Virus record (IMG/VR): IMGVR_UViG_3300030372_003241
Span: 1 to 34,143 of that record
Length of the DNA stretch: 34,143 nt
DNA from: a virus
Taxonomy: Duplodnaviria; Caudoviricetes
Reading direction: 5' to 3' (one strand)
Shown here: in pieces, positions 1 to 8,854 of the stretch
How the letters are laid out: the number at the start of each line of letters is the position of its first letter
Position numbering within the stretch: the stretch's first letter is position 1
Made by a program: the position numbers and the translations under genes
Notes under the pieces: model-generated
Database searches by the model: none
What the model saw: only the letters and a program-made list of their open reading frames with translations
What the model was told of the DNA's origin: nothing

Positions 1-551
1 AAAACCTGTGTCTCTTCCAGTTTGCCCCCAATCAGACTGAAGTTCTTCTACATATAAAACTTTTTCTCCGTTATAATCTCTATCTGTTGTGCGTATATGG
101 AACAAGTTATTTTCATCATCAGAAAAATGTACACCTTCTGTAAATTTAACCTCGTCATCATCTAATTGAAAACGTAACTCCTGATAATTTTTTCCATCAG
201 GTTCAACACGATCTGACCATCGTGTATCACCTTCCATACCTAAATCACCATTTGTTTCAGCTAATCCCCTAGCTTGCACTTCTGCTTCATCTAAACTATA
301 AATCTCTAAATCTCCAGATTCTTCCATTTGCATATCATATCGTTTTTTACCATAAGAAGTAGCAAAAGCGTTTCGCCATGAACTTGATTCTGATTCAGTT
401 TCAAAAATTAGATAACCAATTTCATCATTTCCAGTTATTGTGTAACCAGTTTTAGAATCTACATATTTCATAACTGGATCGCTATAATATTCTTCTTCTG
501 CCATTTTGACAGCTGTATTATAATCAAGCGTTTTTCCATATACCTCGTTTT
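1..551. repeat. Imperfect terminal direct repeat, left copy (circular-genome overlap; right copy 33593-34143)
   Basis: Hand alignment of 1-551 to 33593-34143 is ungapped with 42 mismatches (about 92% identity); nt 497-551 (55 nt) are identical to the last 55 nt of the window. Confidence 0.95.
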
Positions 552-1476
552 GACTTGTGTCAACTTCATCCATTAACTCACTAGCACGCTCATCTATATA
601 ATTATCACCATAAGTTTCTTCTGGGGTAAGTTTTACACCCTCACCAAAATCCATAGTAACTTCAGATTGGCCTGTTGCTACTACTTCACGCAACTTGATT
701 CGATTATCATTAATATGTTTTACAATATCGTCTTTGGTAATTTTCTTTTCTTTAAACACATCTTCTAACCCTAGCCAATCAATCTCCTCTTGTTTGACCC
801 CAGACTTTAAAAGCATTTGTTTGAATTGTTGTCCTGTACCTTTTTCTTGTTTTAACTTTTGTGTTTCTTCTAATGCTTTACTGTAAAAACCAAAATCGTC
901 TGTTGTACGTTCTACTGCTGGTTGTTTTTGTGCATTAATTTTTTTTGGCATTGCATCCCCTGGTTGAATAGCACCAGTAGGTCTAGGAAGTGGGGCATCT
1001 AAATTTTGTATTACGTCTTTTGTTTTTTTAACACCTTTGGCTGCACCTTGAACTGCCAACTCTGTTGGTTTACCTAATGCTGCAAATTCACCAATTGTTT
1101 CATATGGATTTTCTCCATCACCAACTTTTCCAATGTTTTGATCGAACCATTTTTTTACTTCTTCAGTTGTTGGAGCAAGTGTTTCCTCATTGACATCAGC
1201 ACCCAAACTATTAGCAACAGTTCTAACTAACCCTTCAAGATCGCCAGGTAAACCAACTGTTCCTTGCGTTACACCTTTTACAGTTGCAGCACCAACATCT
1301 AAATACTGGTCGGCAACATAACCAATACTTTCTAAAATATCTTTTACTTCTGGGGGGTCTTGTATTTGTCGAGCAGCAGATTTTTCCATCTGAAACCTTG
1401 CTTTACCACTTGCACCAGGAACAGCAGCTGGTATCCTATTTACCATGTATTTTTGTTCAAAAGATGAATAGTTCAT
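1..1476 (-). CDS. Large virion/ejection-type protein, N-terminal part (runs off the left edge and continues at 33592-32783; about 761 aa joined)
   Basis: Not in the ORF track. ATG at 1476 follows the stop of the 544-aa gene. The frame reads MNYSSFEQKYMVNR...GFYSKALEETQKLKQEKGTGQQFKQMLLKSGVKQEEIDWLGL...VEELQSDWGQTGRDTGF, and its last 184 codons match the ORF at 32783-34143. It lies in the internal-virion gene block. Confidence 0.8.
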   Translation of the reverse strand, partial: MNYSSFEQKYMVNRIPAAVPGASGKARFQMEKSAARQIQDPPEVKDILESIGYVADQYLDVGAATVKGVTQGTVGLPGDLEGLVRTVANSLGADVNEETLAPTTEEVKKWFDQNIGKVGDGENPYETIGEFAALGKPTELAVQGAAKGVKKTKDVIQNLDAPLPRPTGAIQPGDAMPKKINAQKQPAVERTTDDFGFYSKALEETQKLKQEKGTGQQFKQMLLKSGVKQEEIDWLGLEDVFKEKKITKDDIVKHINDNRIKLREVVATGQSEVTMDFGEGVKLTPEETYGDNYIDERASELMDEVDTSQNEVYGKTLDYNTAVKMAEEEYYSDPVMKYVDSKTGYTITGNDEIGYLIFETESESSSWRNAFATSYGKKRYDMQMEESGDLEIYSLDEAEVQARGLAETNGDLGMEGDTRWSDRVEPDGKNYQELRFQLDDDEVKFTEGVHFSDDENNLFHIRTTDRDYNGEKVLYVEELQSDWGQTGRDTGF

Positions 1477-1478
1477 TT

Positions 1479-3113
1479 TTAATTTTGCATTTCTTTAATT
1501 GGGTTTTTATACAAAGATTTTCTTAATGTTTCATATTTACTATCAACCTCAGTTTTTAAAGTTCCATCTTTATCGTATAAATTTGTATAAACTTCATTTA
1601 AAAATTCAAATTTATTAAAATTTTCTTTTAATTTAATTCTTTCAGATTTTTCAAAGTTATATAAAATTCTTTTTGCTTTTTGCAATCTTTGTCTTGTAGT
1701 TGAACTATCCAACACTCCAAAATTTATTCCCTCTGAAGTAATACCTAAAATTAAGTTTTCAATTTGTCTTTCTTCTCTTGCTAATGAACTGCGAAAATTG
1801 TTTGAAAATTTTTGCATTTGTTCTTTGTTTGCACCAATAAAAAACGCTTGTTTTCTTACTTCATCAAAAGTTTGATAAAAATTTCGATTTATTTGATTAA
1901 GCAAAATTTCTTCATCAGATATAGTTGCTCCCCTAGCAAACAAATTTTCTATTTCTTTTCTTCCTACAAAAGAATTACCATCAATAGTTCTAAGATTTAA
2001 AATGTCATTTTTAATTGAATTTAATTTTTCTATATCAGGATAAATTTTATTTTCTTCTTCTGTAAGTTTTCCTAATAATTCTTCAAACTTTTCTTCTACA
2101 ACTAATTTATTTTGCTCAAGTTCTTTTTCTTTTCTTGCCTCTATATCTGTTACGTTTTTTAAAACTTGAGATACAACTTCTTCTCTATCTTTATTTTTAA
2201 GATTTGATAAAAATCCAGACATCGAACCGGCATCAAGTTTTTTTATTTTATTTAACTTTTCAGAAATTGATAACCTAGGGTAAAAATCATTGCTATTAAC
2301 ATAGTTTGCAATCGCATCTATTTTTAATTGCCTAATATCATCTTTTAATTTTTGTGATAAAACCGGTATTTGAGTAACACTTATATTAGAACTAGCAATT
2401 ATATTAAGTCCTTCATTCTCTAATGCTTGTATAAGTTTTACGCTTTGAGGATTAAACTCTTTTACATTATTGTTTATTACTGATTGTATTTCTTGTTTAG
2501 CATTTTCTATACTTAGGTTTAGTTGATTTAATGTTAATGCTTGATTCCTTTTTATATCTAATTCAATTGCTTTTTGATAAAGAGTATTACCTAAACTAGC
2601 AGCACTTGCTCTAAACTTTACTGCAACCTGTGGATCAAGTTTTCCAACTGTACCTGTATAACCATCTATAATTTGATTTGCTCTTTCTAAAACGTCAGAA
2701 TGTTTTAAAGCACCTGATTCAATATCAGGCTGCATAGTCAACATTTCAGTTTTAGCTTGTATTAGTAATTGATTTGAAACTTGACTTGCTCTAAGTTTTT
2801 TTAATATTTTTCCTCTGACAGTAAATTCATTTCCTTCTAAATCTGAAACATCACCTTTGCCAACAATAACTTTTAATTGCTCTTGAGTAACAGGATTTTC
2901 AGCTGAATATTTTAATGCCTCATTTTCAATATAATTTGTTGCGATTGGGTCTAGCATTTTTGCTAATCTATTTTTTACATTTGCTCTAGTGCTTTGATAA
3001 TTAGCAGCCTCTTGCATCCCTGTAAATTGAGTAGATCGCAAATTAGTTGCCCTTGCTGGAGTAGATCCAACATTGTCAAACAATGATTGTTGTTGATATC
3101 TTAGCTGCGCCAT
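1479..3113 (-). CDS. Putative internal virion (DNA ejection) protein, 544 aa
   Basis: Helical, Q/E/K-rich protein directly downstream of tail tubular B and the small Ala/Gly-rich protein, matching podovirus synteny. No catalytic motif recognised. Confidence 0.55.
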   Translation of the reverse strand: MAQLRYQQQSLFDNVGSTPARATNLRSTQFTGMQEAANYQSTRANVKNRLAKMLDPIATNYIENEALKYSAENPVTQEQLKVIVGKGDVSDLEGNEFTVRGKILKKLRASQVSNQLLIQAKTEMLTMQPDIESGALKHSDVLERANQIIDGYTGTVGKLDPQVAVKFRASAASLGNTLYQKAIELDIKRNQALTLNQLNLSIENAKQEIQSVINNNVKEFNPQSVKLIQALENEGLNIIASSNISVTQIPVLSQKLKDDIRQLKIDAIANYVNSNDFYPRLSISEKLNKIKKLDAGSMSGFLSNLKNKDREEVVSQVLKNVTDIEARKEKELEQNKLVVEEKFEELLGKLTEEENKIYPDIEKLNSIKNDILNLRTIDGNSFVGRKEIENLFARGATISDEEILLNQINRNFYQTFDEVRKQAFFIGANKEQMQKFSNNFRSSLAREERQIENLILGITSEGINFGVLDSSTTRQRLQKAKRILYNFEKSERIKLKENFNKFEFLNEVYTNLYDKDGTLKTEVDSKYETLRKSLYKNPIKEMQN

Positions 3114-3115
3114 TA

Positions 3116-3763
3116 TTATTTCCTAAATGGTGCAAAAACTGAATCAGCTTTTGTAAGAAAGTTTGCTCCGGTTTCAAGCAATGTCTGATCTGCAAGTAAC
3201 CCACCAGATTTTTTAGCAAAACTACCAGCTGTTCTAAACTGATTTGCTTGAAGTTTAGCTGCTGACTTATCATAAAGTCCTTGCCTAATTGCTGAAATAT
3301 ACATTGCTCCAGCATCCTCAAAACCCATAACTTTAGCATTGAGTGCGTTGTAGTCTAATAAAGTTAAATCAAACATTGCCTCGTCTGTATTAGACTGTTG
3401 CAATCCAGCAATTGATCCACTTCCAAGACTAACTCCATTTGCAGCTGCTCTTGCTCTTAACGCAGCATTAGTTGCTCTCATGTTTTTTAAAACACGATTG
3501 CCTTGAATCATATAATTTCGTGCTTGGATTTTAGATTGAATTAAACGTCTACCGGCTTGTATCGTTCCAATCTTTTCGGTTTGTTCTGCTCGAATGTCTG
3601 CGAGTGCTAAAGTATCAATAGCTTTTAATTCATACAAACCAGCTTGGTAAATACCAGCAGCTTTTTGTGAACCAGCAGCTGCGATTCCAGAACCAAGTTG
3701 TAAAAATGGTGAGGCTGCACCAGCTACTTGTCCAATTGTATCAAACACCGAATTCAAATTCAT
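3116..3763 (-). CDS. Putative small internal virion protein (T7 gp14-like position), 215 aa
   Basis: Ala/Gly-rich hydrophobic N-terminus and an ARAAANGV-LGSGS segment typical of podovirus small ejection proteins; immediately follows the nozzle gene. Confidence 0.6.
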   Translation of the reverse strand: MNLNSVFDTIGQVAGAASPFLQLGSGIAAAGSQKAAGIYQAGLYELKAIDTLALADIRAEQTEKIGTIQAGRRLIQSKIQARNYMIQGNRVLKNMRATNAALRARAAANGVSLGSGSIAGLQQSNTDEAMFDLTLLDYNALNAKVMGFEDAGAMYISAIRQGLYDKSAAKLQANQFRTAGSFAKKSGGLLADQTLLETGANFLTKADSVFAPFRK

Positions 3764-5749
3764 TTAAGTTCCTTGATTAACTGCAACTTTATATTCCAAA
3801 CCTAACAACGTCATTTTTAATGGAAGGTCTTGAGTTACTGTGACCTTTGCATCTTTGCTATAACCTAAAATTCCATCAACTTTTTTTACACCTGTGAAAG
3901 TGGGAACTGCTAAATCAAATAAAGGATTATCTAATTGTCTAAAAGAAATTGTCTGGTCATTAATTTTTAAATGTTGAGTATTATTAACAATCGCTGACAC
4001 TTGCAAAACTCTTTTTTTAAAACTTGTTCTTGTTCCAGTTTTTAATTTAACTTCAATTGGCATTGTTGAAACAGTAGTTGTAAAAGGCAAACCAACTTCG
4101 TAAGAACTTGTTGAGGCTCTATCAAAAGTTACACTTGCATTTGAAACAGTTTCGTTTGACTGTGGTATGCCATCTGTTAATACAGCAACATTTGTTGCAG
4201 TATGAGGCAATGAAGTTACTGATGCAGTTGCTACCGATCCTAAAAAAGAACAATCGGTAAATGAATTATCATTAAACTCTTCAATAAAAAATTTATTTGT
4301 AGAATTAAATGTTCTTTTTGTCGCAACATAAATATCTTGAACATCACAGTTTACATCTATAAATTCACCTGTAGTTGTATACTTACTTGGAGCAACTACA
4401 TTTTGACTTCTCATAATTGAAAAAACTGCAAGTGATCCATCGTCATCATTACTTATTAAAAGTAAATCTCCCTCATCGGTTGACGTTGCTCTTCTTAATG
4501 CCATTCGTTTAGGACTTTTTAGTAAGTGACCACTTAATAAACTTATTTTAGAAGTAATGTAAGTTAATTGTTGATCGCTAAATAAAAATTCATTTAAACT
4601 TTTTCCTTGCCGTTGAACAAATACAGTTCCAGATTCTAATGGTATTGCTTTTGTTCCAGGCTTTGTTCCATGCCTTGAAACATTTTTAAAAATCATAGTG
4701 AGTGGGGTAATTGGATTTGTTGATGATTGTGGAACAAAATGCTCGCCACCAGTTGTAAAGATTTGTAAATCTCTGCCAGACATAATATCAACGATAGAAT
4801 TTAATTGGTTTGTATCAAGTGTTGCCTCGACTGCATCATCATCCAATAATTCAGTTGGTTTAAAATCAAAAAACAATCCTACCTTTGATCCCCAAATTGT
4901 TGATGGTCTTGACTTACTTCCACCAAAATATAATCTGCCCTCATGAAAAATTACAGACTTTGGAAAACCTCTGCTGACAGACCAAACATTTTCATAACCT
5001 TGTTCTAAATCCCAATCACCAGCTGAGATTGTTGAAGTATCAAAAAATGGATATTCTGTTACTGCTTTAACTTCTTTTGCCGAAACAAATTGTAAAATTC
5101 TTGCTCTACCTTGAGGCTCTGCATTTACATATTGATTAACATGACTACTTGCAAAAGCAGATGCGCTTGAAGTGATTTGTATTTTTCCAGAAACAATCGA
5201 TGGTGTAATATCAACAGTTGGATTTGTAACACTTAGTGAAAAAGGGTACAAAGGAACAGAATCAAAAGTTGCTGAACTTATTGTCCAAGTTGCATCACTA
5301 CCACCTCTAATTAATTTTAAAGGCGATAAATCTTCATGTGTAATAATCATCGTGTCGGCTGACTGAACATAATTCATTTCGTTCAGCATTGCAGAAGTAA
5401 TACTTGTTGTTAAAAAATTATTACCAGAACTATTTATATTTGTAATTTGTGTACCATCTTTTATAACCGACATTCTTTCATGCGTAAAAACGAGCATATA
5501 AGAGTCATCAACAGAAAATTCAAATGGTACTAATCGAACACCATTAGCAGCAGAGGCCGAACCTGTATCTGGCAACTCCATAATATGTTCTAAACCAGGC
5601 CTTCTTTTTAAACCACCTTGGGGTTGTATTACAACATTTGTTGCCTCGCTAAGCGCGTTTTCGTATGCTTGAATATCAACTCTTGATCGCAATAATGGAT
5701 CAAGTTCACCTGTTGTAAAGTTCGTTTGCATATCAATGAAACGAGCCAT
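3764..5749 (-). CDS. Tail tubular protein B (nozzle), 661 aa
   Basis: N-terminal QTNFTTGELDP...QGGLKRRPG, central GFPKSVIFHEGRLYFGG...IWGSKVG, beta-rich composition; follows the adaptor gene. Confidence 0.85.
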   Translation of the reverse strand: MARFIDMQTNFTTGELDPLLRSRVDIQAYENALSEATNVVIQPQGGLKRRPGLEHIMELPDTGSASAANGVRLVPFEFSVDDSYMLVFTHERMSVIKDGTQITNINSSGNNFLTTSITSAMLNEMNYVQSADTMIITHEDLSPLKLIRGGSDATWTISSATFDSVPLYPFSLSVTNPTVDITPSIVSGKIQITSSASAFASSHVNQYVNAEPQGRARILQFVSAKEVKAVTEYPFFDTSTISAGDWDLEQGYENVWSVSRGFPKSVIFHEGRLYFGGSKSRPSTIWGSKVGLFFDFKPTELLDDDAVEATLDTNQLNSIVDIMSGRDLQIFTTGGEHFVPQSSTNPITPLTMIFKNVSRHGTKPGTKAIPLESGTVFVQRQGKSLNEFLFSDQQLTYITSKISLLSGHLLKSPKRMALRRATSTDEGDLLLISNDDDGSLAVFSIMRSQNVVAPSKYTTTGEFIDVNCDVQDIYVATKRTFNSTNKFFIEEFNDNSFTDCSFLGSVATASVTSLPHTATNVAVLTDGIPQSNETVSNASVTFDRASTSSYEVGLPFTTTVSTMPIEVKLKTGTRTSFKKRVLQVSAIVNNTQHLKINDQTISFRQLDNPLFDLAVPTFTGVKKVDGILGYSKDAKVTVTQDLPLKMTLLGLEYKVAVNQGT

Positions 5750-6364
5750 TTAAAACCTCGCATCAACTAAAATAAAATCATCTATTACATTTGATGGATT
5801 ACCTTGACTATCCATTACCATTGCTTGTCTAGCAAAACCACCTCTGCCATTTTCACCTGGTGTTCCAGTTGCTACGATCTGCCAATACTGTGATTTATTT
5901 TCTTGCTCGGTAATCGGAAAAGCAAAATGCCAAGCACACATGTACTTCAACAACTGAATAAAATATTCTGGCATTGCAAACTCAGGGGTACGATAAGGAT
6001 AATCAACAAAAATAGTTTCTTCGTTAGTTAATAATAAATCACCTTGCATTTCAAAATCTTTAAATGAACTTGGATTTATTTGATTCGTAATAAAAACTTG
6101 TCTTGGATTACCTAGTCGATCCCCAGGCATTTGATATTGATACTTCCATTCAGAAGTTGGAGTTGTTAATAATCTTGCAAGTTGTATTTTTTTAAATGCA
6201 AAACTCCAAGGAAACATCATTAAAGTTGTATCTCGTATGTCTGGATATAATCTGTCAGCAATATTGCTTTCATCATTGCCTTCTGTAAAAGAAGAAATGC
6301 TCTTTGCACCTAAGAGCAAAAGAGCATCAGAACAAATCGTAACAGCTGTATCTCCAGCAGCCAT
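5750..6364 (-). CDS. Tail tubular protein A (head-tail adaptor), 204 aa
   Basis: ICSDALLLLGAKSISSF...YPDIRD...PWSFA...WKYQYQMP motif pattern; position after the capsid genes. Confidence 0.85.
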   Translation of the reverse strand: MAAGDTAVTICSDALLLLGAKSISSFTEGNDESNIADRLYPDIRDTTLMMFPWSFAFKKIQLARLLTTPTSEWKYQYQMPGDRLGNPRQVFITNQINPSSFKDFEMQGDLLLTNEETIFVDYPYRTPEFAMPEYFIQLLKYMCAWHFAFPITEQENKSQYWQIVATGTPGENGRGGFARQAMVMDSQGNPSNVIDDFILVDARF

Positions 6365-6380
6365 GTTTTTCCTAACTTAT

Positions 6381-6438
6381 AAAATGATACCCCAGCAAAA
6401 AAAAGGCTGATTTTTTTAAGGGTGTGGCTGGGGCATCA
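6381..6438 (-). terminator. Stem-loop or terminator-like element after the capsid genes
   Basis: On the minus strand UGAUGCCCCAGC (6438-6427) pairs with GCUGGGGUAUCA (6396-6385) around a 30-nt loop, followed by UUUUAU. Confidence 0.5.
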
Positions 6439-6456
6439 AGTGTTAATTAATAATTA

Positions 6457-6735
6457 TTAATCAGTATCAGTATTAGCGATTGTCATTCCATCAACAATGT
6501 CAATACCTGTCGCACTAACACCGGCAAAATATGTCAACACACCTCTTGCAGAACCATCATTGTCTGCGTAAAGATAAAGTGCATCACCATTGCTTACCAT
6601 AGTATTTATGCCAGAAAAATAATTATGAGTGTTCACATCTTCAGCTGTGTCTGTCGTGGTATAGCTAAACATTTTTGGAGCATTACCACTAGCACTCGCT
6701 AATGTGACGTTTAAGTTTTTCTTATCAAATGCCAT
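6457..6735 (-). CDS. Small virion protein, possibly capsid decoration or cement, 92 aa
   Basis: Starts 2 nt after the capsid stop, is beta-rich, and lies upstream of the stem-loop. Function inferred from position only. Confidence 0.5.
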   Translation of the reverse strand: MAFDKKNLNVTLASASGNAPKMFSYTTTDTAEDVNTHNYFSGINTMVSNGDALYLYADNDGSARGVLTYFAGVSATGIDIVDGMTIANTDTD

Positions 6736-6737
6736 TT

Positions 6738-7583
6738 TTAAGACTCCCTACAAGTAATTTTAACTATGCCTTCTGCATCAATTGCAACTGCTCCAGCTTG
6801 GAACATACAAGCAACTAAAAAAGAAGTTTTCTCTGGCACATAGTCAATTTTGGTTCGGACTGGTAAACCTTCAGCTAAACCAACTGACGATTTATGCCAG
6901 GCATAACAATCTCTGTCTGACGTAGATGAAGAGATGGGTAATCCACCTTCATCCCGATCCCCAAGTACATAAAAGTTAAACCCTAGGAACGTATTTACCT
7001 CGCCACTTACTAAGGCTTTTACAGAATTGAAGTCGCTTGAAGTGACTGATGTTTCTGAAAGTAAATTGGATAAACTGTTTGCATGAATTGCAATGTGTCT
7101 ATCACCAGGGGGAACATTTTTTGCATCAAGCTGCTGTTTAGCTGATCTTAATTTAGCCACATTTAAATTGGTAGTTGAACCACCAACTGAATTAGCAACT
7201 GTTAAAGAAGTTGAACTTGCAACCAAAGCATCAATAATTTGTTGGTCATAACGTCTGCCAATTGAATGACTTAACATTTCAACAAGTTCTCTTTTCTCGT
7301 CAAAGTTCACTCTGTTTGCAGAAAAAATATCTGAATATTCTGCTGCAATCCAATCTTTGAGAGTTGCAGTTACTTGAGAATAAGTAGCATTAATTGGTAC
7401 AACGTCTGTTTGAGGCACTCTTTCTGAGGCAGTACCAGTTCCCATTTTTGGAAACTTATATGTGTTTCCTTCGACACCAGATTTCAACCTAACGCAACCA
7501 TTAAGGGTCATGCTACCTTGATAAGCCTGATGGACTTCTGTTGAAAATAATTCAACAAAAGAACTAGATAATCCTATAGCCAT
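6738..7583 (-). CDS. Major capsid protein, 281 aa
   Basis: FVELFSTEVHQAYQG...GNTYKFPKMG...AAEYSDIF...GRRYDQQIIDAL...TSSDFNSVKALVSGEVNTFLGFNF...GAVAIDAEGIVKI, typical of small-podovirus capsids; GGAGA RBS; downstream of the scaffold gene. Confidence 0.9.
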   Translation of the reverse strand: MAIGLSSSFVELFSTEVHQAYQGSMTLNGCVRLKSGVEGNTYKFPKMGTGTASERVPQTDVVPINATYSQVTATLKDWIAAEYSDIFSANRVNFDEKRELVEMLSHSIGRRYDQQIIDALVASSTSLTVANSVGGSTTNLNVAKLRSAKQQLDAKNVPPGDRHIAIHANSLSNLLSETSVTSSDFNSVKALVSGEVNTFLGFNFYVLGDRDEGGLPISSSTSDRDCYAWHKSSVGLAEGLPVRTKIDYVPEKTSFLVACMFQAGAVAIDAEGIVKITCRES

Positions 7584-7713
7584 GTGAAAATCTCCACTAG
7601 TTAATTAAAAATAAATTTTTTTTCGCTAGTATTCTTGACAGCTCAAGGCTAACTTGCATTTTAAGGTTTGCCACCTGGGGGGCATAAAGAAATTTATGCT
7701 AGTCCTTGCAAGT

Positions 7714-7742
7714 ATAATAATAAAAAATAATTCTGTTAGCAA
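7714..7742 (-). promoter_or_regulatory. Putative sigma70 promoter for the capsid gene
   Basis: Minus strand reads TTGCTA-17 nt-TATTAT, directly after the scaffold terminator. Confidence 0.4.
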
Positions 7743-7764
7743 TAGCTACTTTTGATATTTGTAC

Positions 7765-7797
7765 AAAAAAAAGATGGGGGGAAAGGGAAGCCCCCCT
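7765..7797 (-). terminator. Rho-independent terminator after the scaffold gene
   Basis: Minus strand reads GGGGGG-cttcccttt-CCCCCC-atc-TTTTTTTT. Confidence 0.7.
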
Positions 7798-7804
7798 GGA
7801 GAAA

Positions 7805-8608
7805 TTAATTTGGATATCTTTGGGCAAAAAGATTTTCAACTTTTTTGCGATAACCTACATCAGTTTTGTAACGGCTATCACCAACCATTGCTTTTAATTC
7901 TTCATCGCTAACCGCACCTTCAAGAGGTTGTGATTCAATTGGGATTCTTCCCTCATAACTTTCTCTAATTTTCATTAATGCTTTTAAACCTCTTGCAGTT
8001 CCACCCATGATTTTAAATTCTTCAAAATCATCTGATGACCAAATACCTTTCTCAACAAAACCTCTTGCCCATGTGGCCATTGATTCAATATGTTGATTAG
8101 CATTTTTACCTAATAGTTTTTTTTCTTCTTCTGCATCAATAGAATTGTCAGGAGCAAGTTCTGCAAGTTTTAATCCTAAGTCAGTAATTAAATTATCAAA
8201 CTGATTTTGAGATAAATTATTTTCTTTTGCAAAATTTAAAAAAACATCTTTTGCCGGATTGTCTTTATCAAAATCATCACCAAGTTTTTCTAATGAATAT
8301 TCCTTTGGAACTTTATGCTTTCCTTGAGAAATAATTTTTCTCATGTCGGCATAACTTTTTGACATTTGTTCCAACATAGGTTCTTGTTTTTCTTCATCCC
8401 AAAACTGTTTTGGAAAATAATCAGGAACATCAATTTTTTCTGAAGCTGTATCTTTTTTTTCATCAACTTCTAAATGTGAAATTTCTGTATCATTTTCTAA
8501 AGTTTTATTTTCATCAACAGATTTTTGGTCTGCCAATAATCCTTCAGTTGGTGTTTCATTTGTTGATTCGTCAACCTTTGTTTCTTCAGTTGTTGTTTCT
8601 TCAGACAT
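7805..8608 (-). CDS. Capsid scaffolding protein, 267 aa
   Basis: Acidic low-complexity N-terminus, PDYFPKQFWD...SY motif, C-terminal DSRYKTDVGYRKKVE; lies between portal and capsid. Confidence 0.8.
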   Translation of the reverse strand: MSEETTTEETKVDESTNETPTEGLLADQKSVDENKTLENDTEISHLEVDEKKDTASEKIDVPDYFPKQFWDEEKQEPMLEQMSKSYADMRKIISQGKHKVPKEYSLEKLGDDFDKDNPAKDVFLNFAKENNLSQNQFDNLITDLGLKLAELAPDNSIDAEEEKKLLGKNANQHIESMATWARGFVEKGIWSSDDFEEFKIMGGTARGLKALMKIRESYEGRIPIESQPLEGAVSDEELKAMVGDSRYKTDVGYRKKVENLFAQRYPN

Positions 8609-8852
8609 CTAACGCCCTCCTGATTCGCAATTGCATTTCTCTTACTAAATCTTTTTTGCCTTCTAAAAAATAACCGGTTGAATGATCTGCGCCAGGAATA
8701 AAACTTGCTTTGTTTATCGTTTGATCCACTAACCATGCCATTAATTTTTTCCCCTCAGTTGTTCCAAAAACTTTTAAAAAAAGTTTGTCAATTTCTGGAA
8801 TTTTTTTTAATGTTGCACGTTCAATATGTTCTATATCATCCCAACCAGCCAT
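8601..8852 (-). CDS. Small conserved head-module protein (Bbp19-like), 83 aa
   Basis: VFGTTEGKKLMAWL...FLEGKKDLVREM pattern; lies between portal and scaffold. Confidence 0.65.
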   Translation of the reverse strand: MAGWDDIEHIERATLKKIPEIDKLFLKVFGTTEGKKLMAWLVDQTINKASFIPGADHSTGYFLEGKKDLVREMQLRIRRALDV

Positions 8853-8854
8853 TA

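Noticed and set aside
1-551. Diverged repeat pair as the template and variable repeats of a diversity-generating retroelement
   Set aside because: No reverse transcriptase is recognisable, the differences are not adenine-specific (e.g. G/C changes), and both copies are in-frame parts of one gene at the contig ends.
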